A stretch of 64,000 nucleotides of DNA from Rikenellaceae bacterium (GTDB lineage Bacteria; Bacteroidota; Bacteroidia; Bacteroidales; UBA932), in the NCBI GenBank assembly GCA_003542575.1, contig DPKJ01000014.1:6596-70595 (forward strand). The letters are read 5' to 3'. Below are positions 19,294-28,293 of the stretch, piece by piece. The translations under genes and the position numbers were made by a program. Under the pieces are notes generated by a model. The model did not search any database. It saw nothing but the letters and a program-made list of their open reading frames with translations, and had not been told where the DNA came from. Within the stretch, counting starts at the first letter, position 1. Every line of letters begins with the position of its first letter.

Positions 19294-20490
19294 TTACTTA
19301 ACAACAGAGCCGGCAACAGCGTTTGCTACAAGCGCCCTCAACCTTACAACGCTACCCTTATCCTCGGGATGTACCCTGTTAGCAAGAAGTATTACAGCTG
19401 TTTTTGATACAGGATCTATAATGATTGATGTACCGGTGTATCCGGTGTGACCAAATGTTTTAGTTGGGTGAAACAGATTTCCGCTGTTTGATGCGTATGA
19501 TGAGTAGTTGTCCCAGCCAAGTGAACGGCCAAGTTGTTCAACATCCTTTGGCACTCTTGTCATTGTTTCAACTGTCAGAGAGCCCAGAATCCTTTTGCCG
19601 TTATACTCGCCTCCATTCATCAAAGCCGCAGCAATAATTGCCATATCTTCGGCATCTGAGAAGACTCCGGCATTTCCTGAATTACCTCCATTTAGCAACC
19701 TTGCAAGTGGGTCATGAACCTTACCAAGGATTACAGTACCATCTGCCTGTCTTTCGGTTGGGGCAATTTTGGCATACATTTCAGGTTTTGGGTTGAAGGT
19801 TGTGTTTTTAAGACCCAGTACATCAAATACATTTTTTTGAGCATACTCTTCAAGCTTCATACCTGTAACATTTTGAAGAACATTCTGGAGCGTAATAAAA
19901 TTTAGGCAGCTGTACTGAAACTTTGCGCCCGGTTTAAAATCTCTTTTGCATGTTGCAATATATTCAATCAGCCCTTCAGGCGCAGGTGAACCATATTTCG
20001 CCACCAATTCTGCTGCCGGAGCATAAGGAGGAAGTCCTGACGAGTGTGTCAAAAGGTCAATAATTCTTATATCAATTGGTCTGCCACCTTCAGGATTTTC
20101 ATATCCCTTGAATCCGGGGATGTACATCGAAACATTGTCAGTCAGGCGAATTTTACCCTGCTCAACAAGCTGCATAAAGGCAATTGCTGTTCCCAAAGGT
20201 TTTGATACAGATGCAAGGTCAAAAACTGTGTTTACATCCATCTTCTCAACCTTAGGATATACCGATTTGTTTCCGTAGCTCTTCAGATAAACCATCTTTC
20301 CATCTCTTACAACAGCCAAAACAGCACCCGGCACCTCACCAATTTTTATTGAGTTTTCAATTATTGCGTCAACATTTGAGAGTCTTACAGGATCCATTCC
20401 TGCCTTGTCGGGAGTTACCCGGGGAAGCGGTTGCGCCAGAAGTGCAGCAAATGTGAAGATTACAGAAAGTGAAAGAATAAACTTTTTCAT
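19294..20490 (-). CDS. Serine hydrolase, beta-lactamase/AmiE(YbbE)-like family, secreted
   Basis: FDLASVSK (SxxK), LLTHSSGL, YSCLNF, VHDPLA, GNAGVFS, GHTGYTGT. Confidence 0.85.
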   Translation of the reverse strand: MKKFILSLSVIFTFAALLAQPLPRVTPDKAGMDPVRLSNVDAIIENSIKIGEVPGAVLAVVRDGKMVYLKSYGNKSVYPKVEKMDVNTVFDLASVSKPLGTAIAFMQLVEQGKIRLTDNVSMYIPGFKGYENPEGGRPIDIRIIDLLTHSSGLPPYAPAAELVAKYGSPAPEGLIEYIATCKRDFKPGAKFQYSCLNFITLQNVLQNVTGMKLEEYAQKNVFDVLGLKNTTFNPKPEMYAKIAPTERQADGTVILGKVHDPLARLLNGGNSGNAGVFSDAEDMAIIAAALMNGGEYNGKRILGSLTVETMTRVPKDVEQLGRSLGWDNYSSYASNSGNLFHPTKTFGHTGYTGTSIIIDPVSKTAVILLANRVHPEDKGSVVRLRALVANAVAGSVVK

Positions 20491-20601
20491 TTTATAAGTG
20501 GTTTAAAAGTAGTTTATATGTAGTTTATAAGTAGTCTACGTGCTAAATCAAACAGACAAGCCGTTTTGTTTGTACAAATGTAATAAAACTGCCCAACTTT
20601 A

Positions 20602-20640
20602 CATACACCAAATTCATACACCAAATTCATACACCAAATT
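20602..20640. repeat. 13-bp tandem repeat x3 (CATACACCAAATT)
   Basis: Exact copies at 20602, 20615 and 20628. Confidence 0.9.
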
Positions 20641-20661
20641 TTTCTCCGCACCGGGGCATTC

Positions 20662-20884
20662 ATCCCTGGGAATTCTTTCCTTATTTCTAATAATCAACAA
20701 CTTACGCCCCAAACCACAAAACACATAAATCACTGATAATGAGCGACAAGGAAAGAATTCCCAGGGATTGAGTAAGACTTGCGTGTCAATTTTCCTTTTA
20801 ACCTAATAATCAGTGATTTAAACCAAATGTCAAAACCGCCTAAGTCGCTGATAATGTGCTTTAAGGAAAGAATTCCCAGGGATT
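20662..20884. repeat. Composite inverted-repeat element (REPIN/MITE-like), two units at 115-bp period
   Basis: ATCCCTGGGAATTCTTTCCTT (20662-20682) with exact reverse complements at 20748-20768 and 20863-20883; inner inverted motifs TAATCAnnnAnTTA / TAAnTnnCTGATAAT in both units. Confidence 0.8.
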
Positions 20885-21094
20885 AAAATGTGCTCCGCGC
20901 CAGTTTGTGGTAACTACTTGTATATGTACCATGTATAAACAGGCCACCAAAACATTAATCATTTAATAACATAAGATCACCACCACCAATACACCACCGC
21001 CACAGCTTCACCACCACCGTTTCACCGCCACTTTAGGAATTGGCTCATTTTTACAAGACTTGTAATCAACAACATACCACAAACTGGCGCGGAG

Positions 21095-21133
21095 AAAAAA
21101 AGAGGATAACCAAAAATTGGTCATCCTCTTTTT
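21095..21133 (-). terminator. Intrinsic terminator directly after rpsC
   Basis: Minus strand AAAAAGAGGATGACC-AATTTTT-GGTTATCCTC-TTTTTTT. Confidence 0.85.
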
Positions 21134-21190
21134 ATTGTTCGTTAACCTCAGACCTCAACGGTCCTGGATTAAGAATCTTTTCGGGAAAAA

Positions 21191-22033
21191 TTACTCAGCG
21201 CGCTCTCTTGGAGTGTTGCTGCGGCCACCTCTGTCATTTCCGCCACGTCCTCTGCTACTGCCACCGCTACCGCCTCTGCGATCGCCGCCACCTCTGTTAT
21301 CTCTTCCATCGTTACGTCCGCCTCTGCGTGGTCTGTCGTTGCGTCCACCTGCCGATTGTGGTGCTGCAGATGCTGCTGACACTCCTGAGTTAGGAGAAAG
21401 ATCTCTCTTACCGTAAACTTCACCGTTGCAGATCCATACTTTAATACCGATAACACCTACTTTAGTGTGTGCTTCAGCATGAGCATAGTCGATATCTGCA
21501 CGGAAAGTGTGAAGTGGAGTACGACCCTCTTTGTAAAGTTCTCTTCTTGCCATCTCAGCTCCGCCAAGACGACCGCTAATAAGAACCTTAATACCTTCTG
21601 CTCCCATTCTCATTGTAGATGCCATAGCCATCTTGATTGCACGACGGTATGAAACGCGTCCCTCAACCTGGCGAGCTATGTTGTTTGCAACTATATTTGA
21701 GTCAATCTCAGGTCTCTTAACCTCAAAGATGTTAATTTGAACCTCTTTGTTAGAGATTTTTTTCAACTCCTCTTTCAGCTTGTCAACCTCCTGACCGCCT
21801 TTTCCGATAATAATACCGGGACGTGCAGTGTGAATAGTCACTGTGATTAACTTAAGTGTTCTTTCGATCACGATTTTCGAAAGGCTTGCCTTTGCAAGGC
21901 GAGCATTCAAATACTCGCGGATCTTTGAGTCCTCAAGAATTTTAGCGGCATAGTCTTTTCCACCGTACCAGTTAGAGTCCCAGCCACGGATAATACCAAG
22001 TCGGTTTGATATAGGATTTGTCTTTTGTCCCAT
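21191..22033 (-). CDS. rpsC: 30S ribosomal protein S3 (uS3) with a Gly/Arg-rich C-terminal tail
   Basis: [39 protein letters not shown]. Confidence 0.98.
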   Translation of the reverse strand: MGQKTNPISNRLGIIRGWDSNWYGGKDYAAKILEDSKIREYLNARLAKASLSKIVIERTLKLITVTIHTARPGIIIGKGGQEVDKLKEELKKISNKEVQINIFEVKRPEIDSNIVANNIARQVEGRVSYRRAIKMAMASTMRMGAEGIKVLISGRLGGAEMARRELYKEGRTPLHTFRADIDYAHAEAHTKVGVIGIKVWICNGEVYGKRDLSPNSGVSAASAAPQSAGGRNDRPRRGGRNDGRDNRGGGDRRGGSGGSSRGRGGNDRGGRSNTPRERAE

Positions 22034-22034
22034 C

Positions 22035-22457
22035 TTATTGCTCCTCTTTTACGGTTTTCAATTTCTTGCCCAGTACAATAGTTATGTGGTTTGAACGCTT
22101 ACGAATTCTTGCCGCACGACCTTGTGGTGCTGTTCTGATACGCTTGAGCGAACGACCTTGACCAACCATAATAGATTGAACACAAACATTGCCATTCTCT
22201 AACTCTTTGCGATCTGCTTCGTTTTTAGCTTCCCAGTTGGCTATTGCCGAACGGATCAACTTCTCTAAACGAATTGATGCCTCCTTTTTGGTATATCTTA
22301 AGATATCCAAAGCGCGGTTAACCTCCACCCCTCTTACGAGATCTGCAACCAGTCTCATTTTCCTAGGAGAGGTAGGAACATCATTCAGCTTTGTAATAGC
22401 TGTCTGCTTTTTTATTTCTTTAAGCCTTTCGGCTGATTCTCTTTTTCGAGCTCCCAT
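22035..22457 (-). CDS. rplV: 50S ribosomal protein L22
   Basis: [33 protein letters not shown]. Confidence 0.97.
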   Translation of the reverse strand: MGARKRESAERLKEIKKQTAITKLNDVPTSPRKMRLVADLVRGVEVNRALDILRYTKKEASIRLEKLIRSAIANWEAKNEADRKELENGNVCVQSIMVGQGRSLKRIRTAPQGRAARIRKRSNHITIVLGKKLKTVKEEQ

Positions 22458-22489
22458 TGTTGTGAATTTGTTTTACTCATTAAAATAAA

Positions 22490-22753
22490 TTAACGATTAC
22501 CCGAGTGACCTTTAAAGGTACGAGTAGGTGCAAACTCACCAAGCTTGTGGCCTACCATGTTCTCGGTTACATATACCGGAATAAACTTGTTCCCGTTGTG
22601 AACCGCGATGGTGTGACCTACAAAGTCCGGTGATATCATGCTGGCCCTGGACCAGGTCTTAATGACCTCTTTCTTGCCAGCCTCATTCATAGCAAGCACT
22701 CTTTTTTCGAGACTTGCTTGTATGTATGGTCCTTTTTTTAGTGAACGACTCAT
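22490..22753 (-). CDS. rpsS: 30S ribosomal protein S19
   Basis: [30 protein letters not shown]. Confidence 0.98.
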   Translation of the reverse strand: MSRSLKKGPYIQASLEKRVLAMNEAGKKEVIKTWSRASMISPDFVGHTIAVHNGNKFIPVYVTENMVGHKLGEFAPTRTFKGHSGNR

Positions 22754-22774
22754 AATTCTATCAGTTTAATTCCG

Positions 22775-23599
22775 TTATTTTTTCCTTCTTTCAATGATGA
22801 ATTTCTTGGTTGTCTTTTTAGGGTTACGCGTTTTGTAACCTTTAGCAAGCAAACCTTTTCTCGAACGAGGGTGTCCACCTGACGCACGACCTTCACCACC
22901 ACCCATTGGGTGATCGACAGGGTTCATTGCTACACCGCGCGTTCTTGGTCTGCGGCCCAGCCAACGATTTCTACCTGCTTTTCCTGATGATTCTAAGTTG
23001 TGATCAGGGTTAGATACAGTACCAACAGTAGCACGGCAAGTTATCAGCACCATTCTTATCTCGCTTGAAGGGAGTTTAAGAATTGCGTGTTTACCTTCAC
23101 GTGCAGTAAGTTGAGCATATGTTCCGGCACTGCGAGCCATAGCGGCTCCCTGTCCGGGACGAAGCTCAATGTTGTGAACAAGTGTACCTAGAGGAATTTC
23201 TGATAGAGGAAGAGTGTTCCCAATCTCGGGGGCAACTCCCGGGCCTGATGCAATCACCTGACCCACTTTAATTCCGTTAGGAGCTATTATGTAGCGCTTT
23301 TCTCCGTCTGAGTAAACAACCAGAGCAATACGTGCACTTCTGTTAGGATCATATTCAATGGTCTTAACGGTTGCAGTGTAATTATCTTTCTCTCTGAGGA
23401 AGTCAATTACACGGTACATCCTTTTGTGACCACCACCAATATATCTCATAGTCATTTTACCGGTACCGTTCCTACCACCTGATCTGCGGATAGGCTCCAA
23501 AAGAGACTTTTCCGGGGTAGAGGTTGTGATCTCAGTAAATGCGCTAATCGCCTTATGTCTTGTACCGGGTGTAACCGGTTTGAATTTGCGTATTGCCAT
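22775..23599 (-). CDS. rplB: 50S ribosomal protein L2
   Basis: [30 protein letters not shown]. Confidence 0.98.
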   Translation of the reverse strand: MAIRKFKPVTPGTRHKAISAFTEITTSTPEKSLLEPIRRSGGRNGTGKMTMRYIGGGHKRMYRVIDFLREKDNYTATVKTIEYDPNRSARIALVVYSDGEKRYIIAPNGIKVGQVIASGPGVAPEIGNTLPLSEIPLGTLVHNIELRPGQGAAMARSAGTYAQLTAREGKHAILKLPSSEIRMVLITCRATVGTVSNPDHNLESSGKAGRNRWLGRRPRTRGVAMNPVDHPMGGGEGRASGGHPRSRKGLLAKGYKTRNPKKTTKKFIIERRKK

Positions 23600-23603
23600 G
23601 GAC

Positions 23604-23894
23604 TTAAATATTACTATAGAAATCTATCTTATCTTCACCGGCAAGTGTTACAATCGCTTTCTTAAAGTGATTGGCACGGCCTGACAATATTCCCGCTTTA
23701 GTGAAGCGGCTTTTGCGTTTCCCGTGGTAGTTAATGGTATTTACATCCGATACCTTAACACCGTACATCTCCTCAACCGCCAGTTTGATCTCTATTTTGT
23801 TTGCGCGGCGGTCAACTATAAAACCGTAACGATTCAACTTTTCGCCCTGAATCGTCATCTTTTCTGTTACTATAGGCTTAATTAAAATTTCCAT
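23604..23894 (-). CDS. rplW: 50S ribosomal protein L23
   Basis: PIVTEK, ANKIEIK, KKAIVTL. Confidence 0.97.
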   Translation of the reverse strand: MEILIKPIVTEKMTIQGEKLNRYGFIVDRRANKIEIKLAVEEMYGVKVSDVNTINYHGKRKSRFTKAGILSGRANHFKKAIVTLAGEDKIDFYSNI

Positions 23895-23905
23895 CGTTCT
23901 ACGGT

Positions 23906-24538
23906 TTAATTATTTCCATATTGTCCTTGCAGAATATCCTGAACACCATCAATAAAGATGAGTGATGTCGAGTTAACTACATCGTATGTGCTAAGTTCAT
24001 TAACAGTAATAACCTTAACATTCTCGATGTTACGCGAAGACAAGTAAATATTACTCATATTCTCAGGAAGAACAAAAAGAACTTTCCTTGCATTTACCTT
24101 TAGACCGTCAATAATTTTGATAAACTCTTTAGTCTTAGGCGTTTCCAGGTTAAAATTCTCTACAATTGTAAGAGCTTGCTCTTTCACTTTGTAAGAGAGT
24201 GCAGAAAAACGTGCAAGTTGTTTAAGCTTTTTGTTTAGTTTGAAGCTGTAGTCTCTTGGTCTTGGACCAAAAACTCTACCTCCACCTACATAAATGTTGG
24301 CTTTAATACTACCGTGACGTGCACCGCCTGAGCCTTTCTGACGAATGACCTTCTTGGTACTGTAGTTAACTTCCCATTTTTCTTTAGTCTTGTGTGTTCC
24401 CTGACGCTGATTAGCAAGATATTGCTTTACATCCAGGTAAATGGCGTGATCATTTGGTTCTATTCCAAAGATGCCCGGGTCGAGAGTCACTTTTTTCCCT
24501 GACTCTGTTCCGTCAATTTTGTAAACTGATAATTCCAT
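23906..24538 (-). CDS. rplD: 50S ribosomal protein L4
   Basis: [30 protein letters not shown]. Confidence 0.97.
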   Translation of the reverse strand: MELSVYKIDGTESGKKVTLDPGIFGIEPNDHAIYLDVKQYLANQRQGTHKTKEKWEVNYSTKKVIRQKGSGGARHGSIKANIYVGGGRVFGPRPRDYSFKLNKKLKQLARFSALSYKVKEQALTIVENFNLETPKTKEFIKIIDGLKVNARKVLFVLPENMSNIYLSSRNIENVKVITVNELSTYDVVNSTSLIFIDGVQDILQGQYGNN

Positions 24539-24544
24539 ATTCGC

Positions 24545-25174
24545 TTACTCCTCCACGATTACATATGAACCTTTAGCACCGGGAACAGATCCCTTTACTA
24601 TCAACAGATTATTCTCAGGAATAATCTTTAAAATTCTAAGGTTCTGGATTTTCACCTGATCGCCACCCATACGGCCGGCCATTCTCATTCCTTTAAATAC
24701 TCTTGAAGGCCAAGAAGAGGCACCCAATGATCCGGGAGCACGAAGTCTGTTGTGCTGTCCGTGAGTTTGTCCTCCTACTCCGCTGAAACCATGGCGTTTC
24801 ACAACCCCTTGGAATCCTTTACCTTTAGAAATACCGGTTACATCTACCCATTCTAATGTTTCATGTCCGAAGACATCAGAAACGGTAACAGTTGCACCTA
24901 GCTCGAACTCTTTGCCAAAGTCATTGGCAAACTCTACGAGTTTACGCTTAGGTGTGGTGTTTGCCTTTTTGAAGTGGCCAAGTTGGCCAGCGCTGGTGTG
25001 TTTTTCTTTTTTCTCGTCATAGGCAAGTTGTACAGCGGCATAACCATCTTTCTCTTCTGTACGAATTTGCGTAACAACACACGGACCAGCCTCAATAACG
25101 GTGCATGGAATATTTTTTCCATCGGCACCAAAAACAGAAGTCATTCCGACTTTCCTTCCAATTAATCCAGGCAT
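24545..25174 (-). CDS. rplC: 50S ribosomal protein L3
   Basis: [34 protein letters not shown]. Confidence 0.98.
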   Translation of the reverse strand: MPGLIGRKVGMTSVFGADGKNIPCTVIEAGPCVVTQIRTEEKDGYAAVQLAYDEKKEKHTSAGQLGHFKKANTTPKRKLVEFANDFGKEFELGATVTVSDVFGHETLEWVDVTGISKGKGFQGVVKRHGFSGVGGQTHGQHNRLRAPGSLGASSWPSRVFKGMRMAGRMGGDQVKIQNLRILKIIPENNLLIVKGSVPGAKGSYVIVEE

Positions 25175-25233
25175 TGGTTTTTAATTTGGTGTTTTTTAAT
25201 TAATTAATAATCCCACATAAAATTTGCGGGCTG

Positions 25234-25264
25234 CAAAGATACAATAAAATCTTATAAATCCAAA
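25234..25264 (-). promoter_or_regulatory. Bacteroidetes sigma-A promoter for rplC
   Basis: TTTG (25264-25261)-N19-TATCTTTG (25241-25234), 60 bp upstream of the rplC ATG. Confidence 0.8.
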
Positions 25265-25329
25265 CGGTAGCTCAAATTTATTAACACGATATCCACATAA
25301 AATTTCACTGGCCAACCTACGCCGGGAAT

Positions 25330-25899
25330 CTAGCTGAGGAGTGTGTGCAGATTGGAAACGATGAGCTTTACGGCGATTGCCAAAAGTATAATCCCGAAGA
25401 ACTTTCTTAGAACATATATGCCCCCTTTGCCAATTTTGCGGGAGATATAGTCAATGTTGCTAAGAACTATGTAAACAATAAGAATATTAATGAACAGGGA
25501 GATAATTATATTCACCAGCTCATATTCTGCTCTCAGCGACAGAAGAGTGGTAAATGAAGCGGCACCGGCAATAAGCGGAAATACAATCGGAACAATTGTT
25601 GCCGAATCGGTAGGGCCGTCATCTTTAAAAATCTGAATACCAAAGATCATCTCAATAGCCAGCACCAGCAGAACCAGCGCCCCGGCTACCGCAAACGACG
25701 AAATATCTACTCCGAACAGACCCAGCATTGCCTGCCCCACAAACAGAAACCCTGTGAGAATAGCAAAGGAGATCCATGCTGCATTAAACGGACTGAATTT
25801 TTTCTTCTTCTCCTTCATCCCCACAATTATGGGAACCGAACCAAGGATGTCTATAACTGCAAACATCACTATGAAGGCGCTGAAAATCTCTTTAATCAT
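25330..25899 (-). CDS. MarC family integral membrane protein
   Basis: Hydrophobic ~190 aa; DILGSVP, FGVDISSFAVAGA, IVPIVFPLIAG, FFGIILLAIAV. Confidence 0.88.
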   Translation of the reverse strand: MIKEIFSAFIVMFAVIDILGSVPIIVGMKEKKKKFSPFNAAWISFAILTGFLFVGQAMLGLFGVDISSFAVAGALVLLVLAIEMIFGIQIFKDDGPTDSATIVPIVFPLIAGAASFTTLLSLRAEYELVNIIISLFINILIVYIVLSNIDYISRKIGKGGIYVLRKFFGIILLAIAVKLIVSNLHTLLS

Positions 25900-26191
25900 T
25901 TTAAGTCAATTTATATTTATCTACTAATCTGCTACTTACAAAATCAATAAGCCAATTTACAGGAGAATGAGAATTGCAATTCGCTCATTATGTACAACTT
26001 ATACAACAACTTGAAATTAATGCCAAGATAGGATGTCAAACTGCAAAAGTAACAATAAAGGCGCTGAAAATTTTAAGTCAACTCATATTTGCCTACTAAT
26101 CTGCTACTTACAAAATCAATAAGCCAATTTTTAGGAGAATGAGAATTGCAATTCGCTCATTATATACAATTTAGACAACAACTTGAAATTA
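25874..26191. repeat. Imperfect ~120-145 bp direct duplication of the marC 5' end and leader, each copy with a bulged palindrome
   Basis: 25899-26019 and 26071-26191 share ctactaatctgctacttacaaaatcaataagccaattt and aggagaatgagaattgcaattcgctcatta; aaggcgctgaaaat at 25874 and 26058. Confidence 0.85.
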
Positions 26192-26344
26192 TTTATTTAA
26201 AATTAAAAAATGTATTTCTAATTTATGATAACAAAGGTAGTTCATTTTGGTATTTTGCAACTACAATTCAGCTTCTTGCATTTAAAGATCAATTTAAGCA
26301 GCCTACAATTCTTAGAAAACATCACACGCATCAAAAACAAAACC

Positions 26345-26436
26345 GCACAACCAGCATAACCAAACATCACAAATAAAAAGCACAACCAGCATAACCAAAC
26401 ATCACAAATAAAAAGCACAACTAGCATAACCAAACA
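26345..26436. repeat. 35-bp tandem repeat, about 2.6 copies
   Basis: GCACAACCAGCATAACCAAACATCACAAATAAAAA at 26345 and 26380, partial copy at 26415. Confidence 0.9.
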
Positions 26437-26502
26437 ATAAGATTATAACATTATTACATGTTCAAGTATTCTTAATTATGTTTAACCAAGTTAGCGTTCT
26501 CA

Positions 26503-27294
26503 ATGTACACCCAACAATTCGAAAATACTATGGAGAAATTAATAAAACGAGCCCAGGTATCTCAAAGAAGAATTCAATCCGGAAATATCCACCTCTATTT
26601 TCGGAGTATAAGCAGACAAGCTATTTTTTATCGCGATGTTGAAAAACTTGAGTTTCTCAAAAGATGTAACTCAATTGCAAAAAAACTAAATTGCAAGATA
26701 CTCGCATTTGTATTAATGGATAACCATGTTCATCTCCAATTGCAAACAGACAATCTCAATGGTTTTGTTTTATCGTTGCTTAGAGGATACGTTAAATGGT
26801 ATAATAGGCTGAACGGAATATCAGGCAAGTTGTTTACAACTCCTTTTGGAAGCTCTGTTAAGTACAGTAAAGAGAGTCTGGTGGAAAGCGTTCTCTATAT
26901 TCTATGCAACCCGGTAAAAGCCGGAATGGTTCTAACTCCTAAGGACTATAAATGGAGTTCTTTTAAATTTCATTATCAAAATTACAGAAATCCATTAAAG
27001 AAAATAATTGAAGTTGACACAACTTTATTGAATAGTATCTATAAAAGCAAATGCGAATTTGATAAGGCAGTCGAATATTACTATCACGATATTAACAAGA
27101 TATACGACAGAAAAATTGACGTTTGGAGACCCGAAATATATACAAAATTATGGGAGAATCTCAATGCCAAGCTAAATGGTAGAAGCATTTATTCTATAGA
27201 AATTGAGGAAAAAATCAAAATAGCCCGCCAGTTACAAGCAGAAACCGGTGCAACATTCAATCAAGTGACATCTTTGACACAATTGAATTTTTAA
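26503..27294 (+). mobile_element. REP-associated tyrosine (Y1 HUH) transposase, RAYT/TnpA-REP-like
   Basis: H..FRSISRQAIF, LAFVLMDNHVHL (HUH), YNR...GKLF...F.S, YILCNPVKAG (catalytic Tyr), YKWSS; short HTH-like C-terminal tail; AT-rich; no tnpB. Confidence 0.85.
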
Positions 27295-27608
27295 GTTGGC
27301 CTGCATATAATTGACATATAGATACTTACAACAATGATGTTAAATAATTCAACAGAATGAATTACATATATCACTCTTTATCTGCCACTTACAAAACAAC
27401 TTAAATCAGAACATCTTCTTTTGAATGAATTGAGTTTGAGAAGAGGCATGCAGGAAGATGTAGAGACAGGAAGATGTAGAGAGTGAAGTGCAAAGAAGTA
27501 TTGAGGCTTAACCATTCAGAACACAGTTCAGAGGAGTAACCTGTTGTCAATGATCGCACAAATCCTCAACTCAAAGGCAACATTTGTTTTCTGATAATTT
27601 TCTGCGGC

Positions 27609-27770
27609 TACTTTTCGGAAACGACGAGGACTGTTTGACGACCAAAGGAAGGAGTTCCGCAGTCGCCGAAAAGTACCAGGAAAATTTGAGGGCACACTAA
27701 AACAATCGGTTGCCGGAGTTGAGAGATTTGGGAAACTATTGGAAAAGTGCCCATTTCCGAAATTTTAAGT
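27609..27770. other. GC-richer structured non-coding segment (nested hairpins)
   Basis: TACTTTTCGG (27609-18)/CCGAAAAGTA (27666-75) enclosing CGAC/GTCG and GGACT/AGTTC stems; second pairing GGGCAC/GTGCCC. Confidence 0.45.
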
Positions 27771-27935
27771 GTTAGCATAACTATCTGTTTAAATGGGTTA
27801 TACAAAATCAGATTGCCCGTTTATTGAATTGTTGTTTTTTTAAGTTATTGATATATAGACGCTAAGACAAAGACTTAAAAGTCACTAATAAAATACCCCC
27901 CCAACTTTTGTTCGTGATCCTCAATTTATAGAATG

Positions 27936-27977
27936 AAAAAAGGTTGATAATTATCGTTAAACAATTACCAACCTTTT
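27936..27977 (-). terminator. Terminator after tRNA-Leu
   Basis: Minus strand AAAAGGTTGGTAATTG...TAATTATCAACCTTTTTT. Confidence 0.75.
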
Positions 27978-27978
27978 C

Positions 27979-28067
27979 TGGTACTCGGGACGGGAATCGA
28001 ACCCGTACGGGCATTTCTGCCCACAGGATTTTAAGTCCTGCGTGTCTACCTATTCCACCACCCGAGC
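27979..28067 (-). tRNA. tRNA-Leu(TAA), CCA encoded
   Basis: GCTCGGGTGGTGGAATAGGTAGACACGCAGGACTTAAAATCCTGTGGGCAGAAATGCCCGTACGGGTTCGATTCCCGTCCCGAGTACCA; long variable arm. Confidence 0.96.
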
Positions 28068-28140
28068 CAGTTTCTGCCGGTTTTCAAATTGCTTTAAAAA
28101 TCCCGGTGGAAATCAAAATTTCAATATTTCAAGTTAATTC

Positions 28141-28170
28141 AAAAAAACCTCTCCTTTGCGGAGAGGTTTT
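28141..28170 (-). terminator. Terminator between tRNA-Gly and tRNA-Leu
   Basis: AAAACCTCTCC-GCAAA-GGAGAGGTTTTTTT on the minus strand. Confidence 0.8.
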
Positions 28171-28174
28171 GCAG

Positions 28175-28247
28175 AGCGGAAAACGAGACTCGAACTCGCG
28201 ACCCTAACCTTGGCAAGGTTATGCTCTACCAACTGAGCTATTTCCGC
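28175..28247 (-). tRNA. tRNA-Gly(GCC)
   Basis: GCGGAAATAGCTCAGTTGGTAGAGCATAACCTTGCCAAGGTTAGGGTCGCGAGTTCGAGTCTCGTTTTCCGCT; promoter TTTG-N19-TACTTTTG at 28289-28259. Confidence 0.97.
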
Positions 28248-28293
28248 GTTTGGGATTGCAAAAGTAATAAAATTTTTGCAAGCTCCAAAAAAT

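Noticed and set aside
19294-20490. Antibiotic-resistance beta-lactamase
   Set aside because: It has SxxK but with YSC, HTG and VHDP motifs typical of AmiE/esterase-like serine hydrolases, in a chromosomal housekeeping context.
20662-20884. CRISPR array or invertible (phase-variable) promoter
   Set aside because: The repeats are in mixed orientation with only three full copies. I found no TAnnTTTG promoter between the arms and no invertase nearby.
21040-21456. Pro/Arg/Cys-rich or Ala-rich alternative ORFs over the rpsC 3' end
   Set aside because: They are shadow frames of the low-complexity Gly/Arg tail of S3.
26345-26436. 35-bp repeat as a CRISPR array
   Set aside because: The copies are directly adjacent with no unique spacers, and there are no cas genes in the window.
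26503-27294. IS200/IS605 element with TnpB/IscB RNA-guided nuclease
   Set aside because: No tnpB or iscB ORF is adjacent, and the NPVKAG/WSS motifs and length fit the RAYT type.
27841-27881. Degenerate copy of the 20.7-kb element arm near the RAYT (taagttattgata...aagacaaaga)
   Set aside because: The similarity is short and AT-rich and lacks the ATTCCCAGGG core, so it cannot be used as evidence.
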